A DNA stretch of 62,218 bases, filler included, from Nemertoderma westbladi (GCA_032718475.1; 3 parts of 3 records of this genome joined end to end with filler, not necessarily neighbours in it), one strand, 5' to 3'. Counted from the first letter of the whole stretch, positions 26,844 to 40,197 are shown. Numbers and translations: made by a program. Notes: a model not told the origin generated them from the sequence alone.

Positions 26844-29800
26844 TTATAAGTCCAGCAGCAATAATCGGCCGAAAACGACTTTGTTGGGCGACCAGCCATC
26901 AGGACGTGGTGTGTTGCAGAGCTCAAGGAGTCCGTCATCGAATTCCTCTGAGTGTATATCGCAATGGGGTACTTTGTAGTGCAAATGCTTTACCTGTTTA
27001 ACACTGGCCTCTGCGTGGCCGTTGCTTTGCGGATAATGGGGGGTGCTGGTAAGTAAACTCACACCCCACCGTTTAAGGAATGTTTTAAATGTGTAGGATG
27101 AGAATTGGGGTCCCCATATGATCGGAATACATTCGGAACTCCAAGATCAATGAAGAATTTCTGGATGACGTAGGCGACCTGTTGTGACGAGGGGTCATCT
27201 CGCCATTCATAGACGAGTGGGTATCTGGATAGACAGTCGGTGTATATAAGAAAGTGTTTCCCCCGAGATAAAATAGATGGGATGAAACCGATTCGAAAGG
27301 TCGGTTTGGAAGTTCCTCGCACATTAATGTTTCTTTCGGGAGACTAGGAAGGAGGTCTTGGCAGCGGTCGCATTGTTTAACTGCGCGTTCAATGTCCGCT
27401 CCCATACCTGCCCAGAAAACAAGTTTTCAGGCCTGTTGTTTGGTGCGAGTGATTCCTTGGTGGGAGGAGTGTAAAAAAACAGAGTGCAAAATATCTTGTT
27501 TACAGTTTGGTGGTATGACGATACGATTGTTATATAATACAATTCCATTGTAAATTGACAGTTTGTTGGCTATAGAACGGAAGTTGTTTATGTAGGGGGA
27601 AGCTCGGTGTAAATTTCAAAAGTCAACCTGTATCTCCCGAATAAGTTCGTTGTAGTCAGCGTCGTTATTTTCCGCAGCCTGGAGTTCGTCGATCAGAGGA
27701 TCTCTGACAGAGTCTCCATTCTCAGCGTCAGTTGACAGTGAGTTTATAATGTTCAGGGAATGAGAAAAATCATCCGGATCGGGTTCATCCGGATCGTCAA
27801 TCGGCGAGCGGCTAATACAGTTGGCAATCCGGTGCCCTTTACCTTTTTGCCACTCAACACGGAATTGGTATTGTGATTGAAGATCAGATTTGAATTTTCG
27901 TGTTCTCAATTTGTTTAGCAGTGTATTGGTTAAATATGGTTAACAAAGACGGTGGTCGGTTACAACTGTAAATGTTGGTAAACCGGCGAGATAAATGCGA
28001 CATTTATTCATACCGTATTTTATGGCAATACACTCCAACTCGATCGTAGAATAATGGGTTTCTGGATCACTAAGAAATCTACTTCCGCAGGTGACAAGTT
28101 TCCAATCTGTCCGTGTAGTTGTAAGAGGTCGTAACCAAGACCGTGTAGTCGGCTGGCATCTGTTTCGAGTTTAGTCTGAGCTTGTTAATTGAACGGTGCG
28201 AGAATTGGTGGTTCAATAAGTAGTTGTTTTACGTTCCTCATGGTTGGTCGTCTATAGGAAGTTGTTGCGAGTACGTAAAAGATCTCACTATGGGGTTGCC
28301 GCAGTTGAGAGGTTACTCGAAAAACAACCTAACTGGTTAACGAGTCCCACAAAACTTCTCAAATCTGTAATGTTCGTTGGTGTTGGGAAAGCTGATATGG
28401 CTTTGAGTTTGTTGGGGTCAGCTTCTGTACCATCTGCCGAAATTATAAAACCTGCGAATTTAACTTTGGGTTGTGCAAAGTGGAATTTTCCCGGATGTAA
28501 TGTTATACCAGCCCCTCGGCAGCGATCGAGGATGGCGCGTACGCGTGTAATGTGATCTTGGAAGTTGCTATCCTCGATCAGTACGCATTTGTCGACCTGT
28601 GGAACGCCATCCAACACCAGATCACCGCGGTAATTGTACGAGTCACCGGCACTAATAAATCCCAGCGGAGCTCGACAGATTCGAAAACGTCCCCATGGAG
28701 ATATTAAGGTTGTTAGATCGCGAGATTCCTCCTTTAAAGCAACTTGCCAGTATCCGGATCTGGCATCTAGTGTTGTAAACAAATTTACCCCAATAGTACA
28801 ATCAGCGACAATATCTTGTGGCGTTCTGGCATTGTGTACAGTCTGTTTAACCTGTCTGTTCAGGTTCGTTAGGTCGACAGTAAATCGTACCTCGCCGGGA
28901 CAATTTGGTTTTGCGCGTACCACTATGGGGTGGCACCACTCCACAGGGCGGTCCCCAAAGCGCTCAATAATGCCCTATTCAAGCATATTCTCGAGTTCAG
29001 CCTTCACTGTATCTCGGATTGGAAGAGGAATCGAGCTGATTGGCTGCGTTGATCCGGAATGGGGTAGCGTTATCCACCAGTTTAATTTCCATAGGTGGGC
29101 CCTCCATAGTCGGTAGTTGTCCCCCGCAACCGAAAACATCTGAATACTCCTGTAGAAATTATGTTTTTTGTTGGCTGTAAACAGAAGACTCCGATATAGT
29201 GATGCTTCAGGTGTGTTTATTTGTGAAATGGGGAACTTGAGATGAGTTAATCTCGCCGCACTCCTCCATTGCGTGGATGCCACGGAATTGGTCTGTTGTT
29301 ATAGTTGTAGGTTTCCCCACGCAATGTAATGGAGTAGGAAATTCCGGGTGAACGATTCCCAATGCTTTGCAGGCTCGGAGTGAAATATAAACATCGTAGG
29401 GTTTAATCTCGGGGTAGAAATAAACCCACTCACTATGAAATTTCCCCTGAATTGAGACTTCGATAAGTGCGCGTCCATCACACTCTATAGGCACTTTATT
29501 TACAGATTCTAGCGGACAATCTGGTGTTACCAATTTATCGCGTAATCCCCATTCGCTCACGAATTTGTTGCTCGCTGCTGTAACTTGCGCTCCCGTGTCA
29601 GCCACGCAGTTCTTTCTATCGAGGTATTCCCCAGATTCCTGGAAGTTCACGCTAATCGGGGGTCAGGGTCTACGGCGCTCCGCCGTATATTCGTGGATAT
29701 CAGCAATTAAAATTGCTCCGGAAGTTTGAACTGTTTTTGTATAATTTTTAGAAAGACACCTTAAAGCGAAATGGCCATTTTTTCCACAGTTTTTACACGT

Positions 29801-30790
29801 TTTACCAGTAGCTGGGCACGGTTTGTCATCGGGATGCGGCCACGCGTCACCACAGTTTATACATTCACCCGCTTCCTTTGCTTGTCTCACTGTATTGCAG
29901 GCTGACGACTGCGACTGGGATCAGCCTCCGTTTTTACCCCGTTTATACTGGCTCTGTTTGTATTGACGATTTGTAGGACGCCCCGGCCGATCCGAAGCGG
30001 GACGACTGAATTGTTGTATAGTGCCAACGCGATGTTTAAGGCGTTGGCTCTCTTTAGCGGCGATTTCGTGATTCCTGCAGAAATCTGGAGTTTGTTCTAG
30101 GTTGTAAGTCGGCCGTTTATCGAAAAGTTCCTGACGTGTTTCCTTATCGCGAATTCCACACATAACGAGCATTGTCAACCAGTCGTCCTTCGTCATTGTT
30201 TCAACTTGCGCATCATCCGCCATTTCTGAGAGTTTGATGAAGAAATCATTGAATGTTTGTCCATCATCTTGTTTCTGGCGTACGAGTTCGTAACGGTCTA
30301 CCGCCACATTTTGTTCTGCACGAAGGTGTTCTTGTATTCCAGTTAATATGTTCTCCATGGTGAGTTCAGTGTCTCGGGGAACATGGAGTCTGTAGTTCAG
30401 ATGCGTAAGGAAATCTGCGCTACAGTAGCTGAATAGCGTGGCAACCTAGAGATCCCGGGTTTTCTCTTCGAGTTTAACCACGCGAGTGTAGTTGTGCCAT
30501 GTCGCCTCCCAGCGCTTGAAATGTTTATACGATAAATTGAGTTCCAATGGTTGAGGCGGGCAAACCGTGAGTTTTGCGTAATTTCCACCTTTATGTTCGC
30601 CTGGGTGTTCCCCAACATGCCTATATTGGAGTGGGGCAGTACCAACATCACGCTGTTGCAACAACTGGAGGAATTTCTGCTGTTGGAATGCCCGTTCTTG
30701 GCATTGTTCCTCGCGGTCGTGTTCCCATTCATGTTGGCGTTGTAAATCCAATTGTCATAAGACATCAACCCTGGGATTCGTGGTTCTCCT
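26844..30790 (-). mobile_element. Degenerate Ty3/Gypsy (Mag-like) LTR retrotransposon internal region: gag-PR-RT-RH-IN
   Basis: Gag with double zinc knuckle (CINCGDAWPH..CPATGKTCKNCGKNGHFALRC), protease VADTGA, RT PIVV..LDARSGYWQV..PWGRF, RNase H region, and integrase CDRCQ and PHYPQSNGHAEASVK. Many frameshifts and stops; no LTRs seen. Confidence 0.93.
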
Positions 30791-31788
30791 CATCAGCAGT
30801 GTGCCACGAACCCCACCCCTACCCTAATAAAACTGCACCACTAAATTAAGACAATGACCAATAAATTAGAAATCCTACCGTACCACCAAACAGAGTTGAA
30901 ACCACCCCCCAATGTATGTTACCCAATTAGCACCTACCGGTATGTACAGATAAATGATCAGATTTTTTAATCAAAATTGCGCAGATGTCAGAAAATGCCC
31001 CTGTAAATATATAATTATATGATGTTAGACAACCACGACTTTTGTTAATTTATGGGAATTTATGGGATAGCCTATTTCGTGCAATACTTACCGGAACCTG
31101 TAGTTACTGTATGGTTTGGTGTAGTTTTTCTTGTGGTAGTTGGGTTGGGTTATGTTATGTAGCACTAAAATCGATTTGGTATTTTGTTTTTTAATGGGCC
31201 TTAGTGCCTGAGTACTAACAGTGGCCCAAGTCGCCCTAAATGCTAGGTAGTATCTGAGGGAATAAGACCCCATGTCCTATTTTATTGTTAACATGCAATA
31301 TGACACATTTCTTGACATTTGTAATTTATTCTTAGTTAGGGTTTTCATCCAGTCCCTTGTGTTTTTAAAAAAAGTCTTCATTATTTGCATATTATAATAA
31401 TATATAATATATAGGCCTAATGCTAGCACAGCTAAGGCACACGATATATATAGTAAAGTCATCAGGCAGTACAGTGAGCCTTCCAACCAGCAGAGCCATG
31501 GTCACTTAAGACATAGGTCCAGCCAACAAAACAAACTCTTTATCTAATAATTTTTATTTGAAAAAGGCTCTTTTTTTAACTAAATTAGCTTACTGGACAG
31601 TACAGTAGGCCTAGTACAGTACAGTACAGTACAACCTTAATTAGTTAGCAAGTTACAGTAGTAAGAAAAAAGCTACGGACTACTGGCTACTGACTACCTG
31701 ACCTAGAGCAAAAACGGCGCTAACGATTTTGTTGAAATTTTGCATGAACCATGAAAATAGATTTCTATAGGTACTTGTGAAGTCGCGG

Positions 31789-31888
31789 NNNNNNNNNNNN
31801 NNNNNNNNNNNNNNNNNNNNNNNNNNNNNNNNTTAATTAATTAANNNNNNNNNNNNNNNNNNNNNNNNNNNNNNNNNNNNNNNNNNNN
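31789..31888. other. Assembly gap / contig spacer
   Basis: 100 bp: N44 TTAATTAATTAA N44. Confidence 0.98.
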
Positions 31889-32379
31889 CTTCCGGAAAAA
31901 TTTATGTAAATAACAGCTGATTACTGTCAATAATAAAACTGTAACCTGTTCTATTTGACTTTAGTTTATTGTTCTGGTTATAGAATAACGTGCCACTGTA
32001 ACTTGCTCAGTTCCCTAAATTGATAATTAAGCATTGAGAGGAGATATTAATTCGCCGGGATTGGATTGGCCTCAAGACCCCTCCCCCCGCCGACGGACTT
32101 TATCTAAGGGGTGCCTCTTTGCCTCTTTTTATTTAGTTTCCCCATTGATATATCCAAAAGAATGTCCTACATATGAGGCTAACTCATTTTTAACAAAATG
32201 TTATGCATGGGATAGAGTTACCTGTCAGCAACTGTGCGCATATGAACAACTAGTCAACAAAGGTATAAATCAGATGCGTTCTCGCATGCCATTCCCTAGC
32301 CATACTAAATCGTCGTCCGATGATCTACACAAGTTTACAACTGGAATTCAGGTCATAATAAGTCAATCTGCCAAGGCCG

Positions 32380-34224
32380 CACTTCCAATAATAAAAGCAG
32401 ATCGGAAAACAAAAAACATAAGAATAAGGTCGAGAATATTGAAAGATCGAACCCACACAACAAAACAACTATATAAATTGTGGTGCAATGATAACAAAGA
32501 GGATTCAAGCACATATGGACAGACATCCCAGGAAATTTTGGAATAGCTTCAAATCAAAAATGTCGCAAGAGCCTCCTCCCAGTGTTCAGCAAGACATCAT
32601 AAACAATATGTATTCAACACACACAAGAGACAACAATTACACCAAGTCCATGTCCCTAGTCAGTCATTGAAGAGCTACAGCAGGCAAGGACAACAGCTAA
32701 AGTTCCAACAGATTTTCATCTAACAATAAAGAGAGCCGTTTTAAATCTTTCCTTTTTTGGGTTTCAAATTTAACGCCCATGCGGGGTCTCTAGCTGACAG
32801 CATCCAAATCATCGCCTCAATTTCAGAGTCATTTCATAGAAATGGATGGACCACAAGGTGGTTAAACACTTCCACTTTGAGTCACCTTTAGCGGTATATT
32901 GCGATTCCCATCATACTTTACAGTGTAAGATTCCTAGTTGGTGCTTTAACAGACACAGAATTAACCAATCTCGACGTCTACTACAGAAAAATATTGCGTA
33001 GACTTTTGCACCTGGGCAACTAAGCAAGTAACCAAGTCACATATTCTCTACTGAACTGCAACCCAATCTCATCCGACGACTTTACAGTTTCAATCAGTAC
33101 CATAATACTTGTTACGGACTGTCCAAATGTTAATCTTCAAACAACCTTAATTAAGATGTGATGTGATGGATCCACGTATAACAGCTGCAGACGCCAATTT
33201 CCTATCCCGCTCCTATCATCTCTGCTTACAAATAAATTCAGTAAGAGGGAAATTTTCTCTAGATTATCACCAAAGGTTTTAACGTTGATGGAAACTTGAC
33301 AACCATTAATAGTAATCAACTAAGGGAGGTTGACGACTTCCAGTACCTTGGATCATGGATAGATAGTAGCAAAAAGGACATAGAAGTTAGGAAAGCAAAG
33401 GCTTGGGTAGCTCTTTCAAAAATGGATACCATCTGGAAATCAGATCTCTCCAGGCACCTGAAGACTAAGTTCTTTCGAGCCACAGTGGAAAGTGTATTTT
33501 TATACGGTGGTGAGACCTGGACACTGACTAAACCACTTGAACAACGAATTGATGGTTGCTACACAAGACTACTAAGGGCAGCCCTAAACATCAGCTGGAG
33601 ACAACACATGACAAACGCCGAGCTTTATGGTACAATACCACCTGTATCAACAACCCTCCGTGAAAGCAGATTACGATTCAGTGGGCACTGCTGGCGAAGT
33701 AAAGACGAGGTCATACCAGATCGACTTTTCTGGCAACCAACTCATGGAAAGCGTAGTCATGGACGACTGGCCATAACATATATAGATCAACTTGAAAGGG
33801 ATACTGAACTTGGGAGAAACGAAATTGCGACAACTATGGAGAATCGGGAAGCCTGGAAGGATCTCATTTCCACTGTCCGGGTTCGCTCGACCTAGTAGTA
33901 GTAGTATCACCAGGGTCACTGACACACAGAGAGACTGCCCACCACAACTTCATTCAACAATGCTACGACAACACTTTTGACAGCAAACATAATTGTATCC
34001 AGCAGTACTTTAACCTCATCTAGTACTCCATTGCATTGACGACTATATGCAATATTAGTTATGTCACATGCGTTATCTGGTATTTCTTTTTAACCACGTT
34101 AATTGTACCAATTATTGTTTTTACTAGTTTTTACTTAACTTGCATCATAATTTGTGTGTATTTCGGTGCACTTTTATTATATATTCTCGGCAAAGACCGA
34201 ATTAAATTAAATGAATGAATGAAT
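32380..34224 (+). mobile_element. Old degenerate LINE (RTEX/L2-like) hosting an RTE insertion
   Basis: HPRKFWNSFK linker-like motif at ~32520, thumb-like IILYSV..TNLDVYYRKILRRLLHLG at ~32910-33020, and a 3' (ATGA)n tail at ~34210. Confidence 0.5.
33273..33904 (+). mobile_element. 5'-truncated RTE-clade LINE (second family) with (TAG)n tail and 8-bp TSD
   Basis: ORF VDDFQYLGSWI..LYGGETWTL..RLRFSGHCWR. The stop runs into TAGTAGTAG. TATCACCA occurs at 33265-33272 and 33905-33912. Confidence 0.9.
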
Positions 34225-35511
34225 ATTAAAGATTACTTGCGCGTTAAACTTTGATGCCTGCCATACTAATGTGGAGTTCATAACAGAAATCTTGAAGTTT
34301 CCTAAAAAGTGCTTAATAAATGGCGCAGTTCAATAGAACCATTGCCATTTCTCGGAAAATGCGAGATTGATACATTTTGCGACATCTCGTGCGGCTTATA
34401 TTAAATTCTGAAAGGATTATCAACTCCCTAGATAATCAAGATGGATAAAGTTATTGTGAAGATGCGCTTCATGCCGACGTCGTGAAGTAAGATAAACTAT
34501 TCATCATTAAAAGATAATAAATATATAAATAATTTATATGCCAAACCCAAACGACTCATTAATAAATATTTACTACATACAGGACAGGACGAAGCACAAC
34601 GCGTATCCGCATTGTAACAATCTGGATTCCTTAAAAATTTCTAATTCTGTAATAAGTCCAGAAAAATATAAAAGAATTATATCTACTAATAAAATAATTT
34701 ATAGGCTATGAATTTTCTAAATTCAACTCTAAAAAGCTAAAGTAACTTTAGTAACTTAGAATCGAATGTTTTATTAAACTTATTATTCGTTACTAACGTG
34801 GTATAATATTATTTTCTATTTTCCGGAATTGTAATTCATAGATATTTTAATATGAACCTATGTATTGTAAAAGTCGGCCTTGAATTTTGAGTCTCATTTA
34901 CATGAGTGCGTGGCCTTATAGAACGCCATGATAAGTACACATTCAAGGTATTTTACCAGTACCAGGATAATCAACTTACTATTAAAACCCATGTAGGTGT
35001 GTGTGTGTAGGTTTGAGGTTAGTTAATCCTATCTGCAGAAGGATCGCATTTGTTTGTGAATAATGAACATTAGATTACGGTAACCACTGCGTCTTCATGA
35101 GAAAACTGACTTGTTTCGTCCGCAACAGTCTTGTCAAAGATAAACATAGATTCCCAAGGGGCCTTATTAATTGTCAAACTTTCATCCCATAGGCCGACTC
35201 ACCAACACTATGTGACATAGGCCTCCTCACAGTATAGGCCTAGTGTTAGTGGTAGGCCTAGTAATATAATTTGGTACGTGATCTGGACACTGGTTACTTA
35301 TAGAGGACCCTCCTGAATGCTGATTTCCGAATCACAACAAACTCACTAAATCACAAAATAAATTGAAAAGTAAAGGAGCAGGTTACAGTGGTAGCCAGAA
35401 GGAACCAAAACAATAAACGATTTGAAGAAAACAAAAGTGCAGAAAATTGCAAAAAAAAAATATAGAAAGCTGTCTGCATTCAGGAGGGTCCCCTCTAGTT
35501 ACCAGTCCCGG

Positions 35512-35812
35512 TGATAAAAAAAAAGTAAAAAGTAAATTTTCTTCGGCCGCTAGGCCAGGGATTAATTACGCACAATGTCTTGACTTGACGACTTATTTCC
35601 AGTGCGGTGGCCCCAGAACGTTACTCCCCAGAGGAAACTCCAGTACTCATTTAGCTACCACTTAAGGATGCAATGCAGTGAGATGCGCCCTGGCTAGTCC
35701 CTTCAAACCATTCGTGCCGAAACGAAAACTGCCCTGGCCCATGCGAGGATCGAACCCACGACCTACGGGAGATGTGAATTCAATGCGACCACTAAACCCT
35801 CTGATCAGAAGG
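35512..35812 (-). mobile_element. tRNA-derived SINE
   Basis: Minus strand GGTCGTGGGTTCGATCCTCGCATGGGCCA gives a Pol III B box and tRNA-like T-arm. The body contains TAAATGAGTACTGG (Nin/Deu-domain-like) and ends in a simple T-rich tail. Confidence 0.6.
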
Positions 35813-37460
35813 TGGAACCCTCTGATCTGTTCACTGTGTAGCTATCACAGTATAAGATCAGCTTATTGGCATCCCAACTACTTTGCGTTAAGCGAAAAGA
35901 AAGTGTAAAATAACAGTGACAATGACAAAGCTTTTTTCCCTAATATATCCCTTTGAATTCGGGGGAAATAAATAATTTTTAAATTTGCATAAACTATTTA
36001 TTGAACAATTTATCCACTTTATCCCCCTTGGGAGATACAGAGCAATCTTGAATCCCGGAAAACTTAAAGTTGTAACAAATAATGCATGAAGTACTTGTTT
36101 TATTTGAACTATTCACACTGGATAATTTAAACAGCTGGAAATAACAGCTGCTAATACTTTAATGCTTTCTCTATATTATAGCCTTAACTTAACTGACTTT
36201 TATTAGCAATGGATCCCAACAACCAGAAAACATCAGCAGAGGCGACCGTTATTATAGCGGCGCAGGCCGCTTGGGAACATTATAGAATGCCCATTGCTTA
36301 TGGGAAATTTCTTTATTTTTTTATCGACCACTCTGACATCGGCTTGAGATATATAGGCGACTAAACATATGGGAACTTCCTATTCCTATGTGTTACGTCA
36401 AGCAGAAATTATTGCACAGTTCTCAGAGAACGAGGCTGTTATTATTATTATTGATTCACGGAATGGTGTTCAGTTAACGCAGCGGAAATTAAGCAATATC
36501 GGGAATAAGTTTCCAAACATTTATTACACTACAGTAGTAGTATATACTATTATTATAATATATTCATTAAATATTAAATATTTTTATTAAATAAACATAT
36601 GATATATTTGGTATTTGCTTTCAATCTTAGATTCTCATTTACTTCACAAGTTCATATTGCCTCGTGTTTCTCCATCGGATATAATTCTGACTATATTATA
36701 TTCTAGAGTAAAGAATACAAATATCTCCGGGTGAATAGCGGGATAAATGTTTCTAATTAATTTTAATAGTTAAATTAATAAGAGGGAAGGATAAAATATG
36801 GTGGCGAGTTGACGGATATTAAAACTGCGAGCGAGTGTTAAAATAGCAACGAGTGCTACTCGAGGACAGAATATCTGAATTTCTTATGAACAGTGTGATT
36901 TATAGTTAGTAGGTTGTGCATCTTACCTTATGTTGCATTTAAATTAAAAACAAAATGTTCAGTGATAGAAGTCTTGAAATCGCTGTTTTTTCTAATTAAT
37001 TATAAATAAATATTAAAACTAAAGATATTATTATATATGATATTGGATCGGTCTATATGCCATTCTAGAGAGCCTTCATTAGATGACATTGGGACATATC
37101 ACTCTATTGGCGATCAAGTATATTCAACTAATCGACAACAATAGACTCAATAACTAACATGGTCGACATATTATTTAATTATTCCACAAAATCCCCTTTG
37201 AAGCAGATATTTAACCGACTTTGAACAGTAGGAAAAAAGTTTGGACGTTATTCCTAAAAAAATATAAGGATGTGTGTGCAAGAAAGGCAACTTATTTTAC
37301 AGAAAAATAGCGAACATTTACGCTCAAATATATTGGATGGGATGGACTTGACGGACGCTCCTGTACTGTGTGCTTATACTGCTGAAGAACTGATATATCC
37401 TTATCTTCAGTAGGAAACAAAAAAAGCCGTATGCGACCCAAAGGCTCCCCTTTCGATAGC

Positions 37461-38082
37461 TGCTACCCGAAGATATGGGTGGGCGCTACTGCTATCTGCT
37501 ACCCTAAGGTAGGGGTGGGCGCTACTCCTATCTGCTACCCTAAGGTAGGGGTGGGCGCTAGTCCTATCTGCTACCCTAAGGTAGGGGTGGGCGCTAGTCC
37601 TATCTGCTACCCTAAGGTAGGGAAGGGCGCTACTCCTACTTGCTACCCGAAGGTAGGGGTGGGCGCTACTCCTATCTGCTACCCGAAGGTAGTGGTGGGC
37701 GCTACTCCTATCTGCTACCCGAAGGTAGGGGTGGGCGCTACTCCTATCTGCTACCCGGAGGTAGTGGTGGGCGCTACTCCTATCTGCTACCCGAAGGTAG
37801 GGGTGGGCGCTACTCCTAACTGCTACCCGAGAGTAGGGGTGGGTGCTACTCCTATCTGCTACCCGAAGGCAGGGGTGGGCTCTACTCCTATCTGCTACCC
37901 GAAGGTAGGGGTGGGCGCTACTCCTATCTGCTACCCAAAGGTAGGGTGGGCGCTACTCCTATCTGCTACCCGAAGGTAGGGGTGGGTGCTACTCCTATCT
38001 GCTACCCGAAGGTAGGGGTGGGTGCTACTCCTATCTGCTACCCAAAGGTAGGGTAGGTGCTACTCCTATGTGCTACCCGAAG
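37461..38082. repeat. Minisatellite, 36-bp unit TGCTACCCGAAGGTAGGGGTGGGCGCTACTCCTATC, ~17 copies
   Basis: Direct periodicity, giving the 12-aa period CYPKVGVGATPI. Confidence 0.97.
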
Positions 38083-38790
38083 AAAACGCTGAGAGTGCTA
38101 AATCGAAGGGTTGTCCGAAAATGGTGTATCCCCCACCCACCCTGACCCTTAACTAAGAGGCCTATTGAGTGTGACTAATTAATATTAATTAAATGAATAC
38201 CTCATATTAATTTATCTTCATTTTTATTAATTTGTAATTTAAATTTATGTCTTATGTACCATTAATAACGAAATGAATATCATCTATTTATTTAAATGAA
38301 TAACTATTGGATATTTCATAAAAAAAATATATTGGATATATGGTCGTCATTTACAATAATAACTAAATTAATATTGTTTAAATTATCTCCGCTGGTGGCG
38401 AATTCATTTTTTCCGCTCCATTTGCTATAGAGTTGGATCATCCTTAGTCCTGTTCAATTACTTATCATTTATACAATCTATGGATGTTAAACACATATAC
38501 AATAACATTCGTTTGCAGTACAGGTCATGTATTAGAATACATATTAAATCCATCCGTAAGGAGGACTGTATTAGTAACGTAATTAAACCTTTGCATAGAT
38601 ACAGTATCGGTTTATCTCAATTATTTAGAATATTTTTATAAATTTATTATAATATTTATTATCATAATTTAATATAATATTATAAAAAATTATTTATCTC
38701 AAATATTTAAATTTATTTACATTAAATAGTAGATATATCTGAAAATTATGTCTTTTATTATAAATTATGGGGGGTGATAGATAACCTTGC

Positions 38791-40197
38791 ATGATGAAGT
38801 TGTGTAACAGAGGAGAAATCTCAGCAGTTGTGTTCTTACTGGTAACCATGGTGGGTTCGGTCAGTTGGTTGAGCATGGCTGGTCTGCATATGGAGCTGCC
38901 ACTACTGACACCCGTCCTGCCGGAGCAATGGTCTCTCGCCTCCTATATACACCTAATTATGGCGATCGGCAATCTCACATCCGTTATCATATGTGGAATG
39001 TGTGGCCTCATGTGTGGAGCCAGCGCCTGTAGTTCTAGAGACGTGGTTTACGCGATGCAGACGGTTAATATGGCTTTCTGTCTCGTTCTAATCTACATCT
39101 GGAACATCCAGGCCTACGTGTTTGGTGCCTGGCGCAGCGTCGGCCTGTTTATTTCGGCGTATCTGATATCAGTTGCTGATGCGACTGGTAACATTGCAGT
39201 GTATTCCTACATGTCGAACTACAAAGCGGTTTATATGACTGCGCTGTGTCTGGGTGAGGGTCTGGGGACCGCAGTACCGGCAGTCATAGCTTTCATACAA
39301 GGAGTAGGGGAACATACCCGGAGTTTATGTCGTGTCGCTGATGATGGCGGTCAGTTTCACGTATCGCAACAATCGCTTAGCAATGTTACCGAGGACATCC
39401 GTCATTCGCGATTCACGTTGCAAAGCTTCTACGGCATCGTCATCATTTACATAGCGGTGGGATTGATCTCCTTCATACTTCTTAACAATCTGGAGTTAAC
39501 GAAATGCGAACGAACCAACTCGATGGATGAAATAGAAGAAGAATCTAGTAGAAAATCCAGCCGTTCCAATAGTGGAAGCGAAAACAATGCAAAATCAATC
39601 ACGGAAATTAAAATGAAACATTATGGCTCTACCACCACAACTGAAGATGAAGATGCTGGAGGAGAAGTTAACGATACAAACAAACTTAGCATCGGGATAA
39701 TCGTGGGTCTTCTCATCATGGAATTTGTAGTGATGAGTCCGCTTTATGGGTACCTCGATCCTCTCCTACCTTACGCTACCTTCCCTTACAGTTACCACAC
39801 CTACCACACAATTAATTCGGTGGGTAACTTACCTGCGGTTGTAATTGCATTGTTGTCGATATGCTATACAGTGAAATCAACCGTGTCCCTTTCCATATTC
39901 ACAATAATCTCTACAATTCTCGCGGCCTACATCACAGTTAATGTCTCACTGACACCCGATGTGATACTCAGGTATGAATCTGTGGGCCCTATACTAATGA
40001 TTGTGGCGTTCCTGCTTATGAAGAGCGTGTGTGTGTACACGAGGATATCGATAGCTTGTAAACTCGCCGATCAGGGTGAAAATATGATGACGTGGTACGG
40101 GATCGTGAACAGGGCAGCAACCGGCCTTGGGCCCTTGGTTTCATACCTAATTGTCAATGTGTTTCAGGTAATTGAAGGCGGTTTCGAATCCTGTTGA
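38791..40197 (+). CDS. SLC52A: Intronless SLC52-family (riboflavin transporter RFVT/GPR172-like) multi-pass membrane protein, 468 aa
   Basis: Family motifs ELPLLTPVLPEQWSLASY, LGEGLG..VPAVIAFIQGVG..C, RF..QSF and FPYSYHTYH. About 11 hydrophobic segments, with a central hydrophilic loop. Intact ATG-to-TGA frame, GC higher than flanks. Confidence 0.88.
   Translation: MMKLCNRGEISAVVFLLVTMVGSVSWLSMAGLHMELPLLTPVLPEQWSLASYIHLIMAIGNLTSVIICGMCGLMCGASACSSRDVVYAMQTVNMAFCLVLIYIWNIQAYVFGAWRSVGLFISAYLISVADATGNIAVYSYMSNYKAVYMTALCLGEGLGTAVPAVIAFIQGVGEHTRSLCRVADDGGQFHVSQQSLSNVTEDIRHSRFTLQSFYGIVIIYIAVGLISFILLNNLELTKCERTNSMDEIEEESSRKSSRSNSGSENNAKSITEIKMKHYGSTTTTEDEDAGGEVNDTNKLSIGIIVGLLIMEFVVMSPLYGYLDPLLPYATFPYSYHTYHTINSVGNLPAVVIALLSICYTVKSTVSLSIFTIISTILAAYITVNVSLTPDVILRYESVGPILMIVAFLLMKSVCVYTRISIACKLADQGENMMTWYGIVNRAATGLGPLVSYLIVNVFQVIEGGFESC

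Noticed and set aside
30770-30815. Hammerhead-like CTGATGAG..CGAA on the minus strand
   Set aside because: It has GAAT rather than GAAA, stems I/II are unconvincing, and it overlaps the probable gag start.
31833-31844. TTAATTAATTAA as a biological site
   Set aside because: It is embedded in Ns identically twice, so it is a synthetic linker.
35730-35810. tRNA gene
   Set aside because: Only the T-arm/B-box half is tRNA-like. There is no acceptor-stem pairing, and it continues into a SINE body.
37431-37979. CYPKVGVGATPI repeat protein
   Set aside because: The array continues past a 35-bp unit that shifts the frame, and there are no flanking domains.
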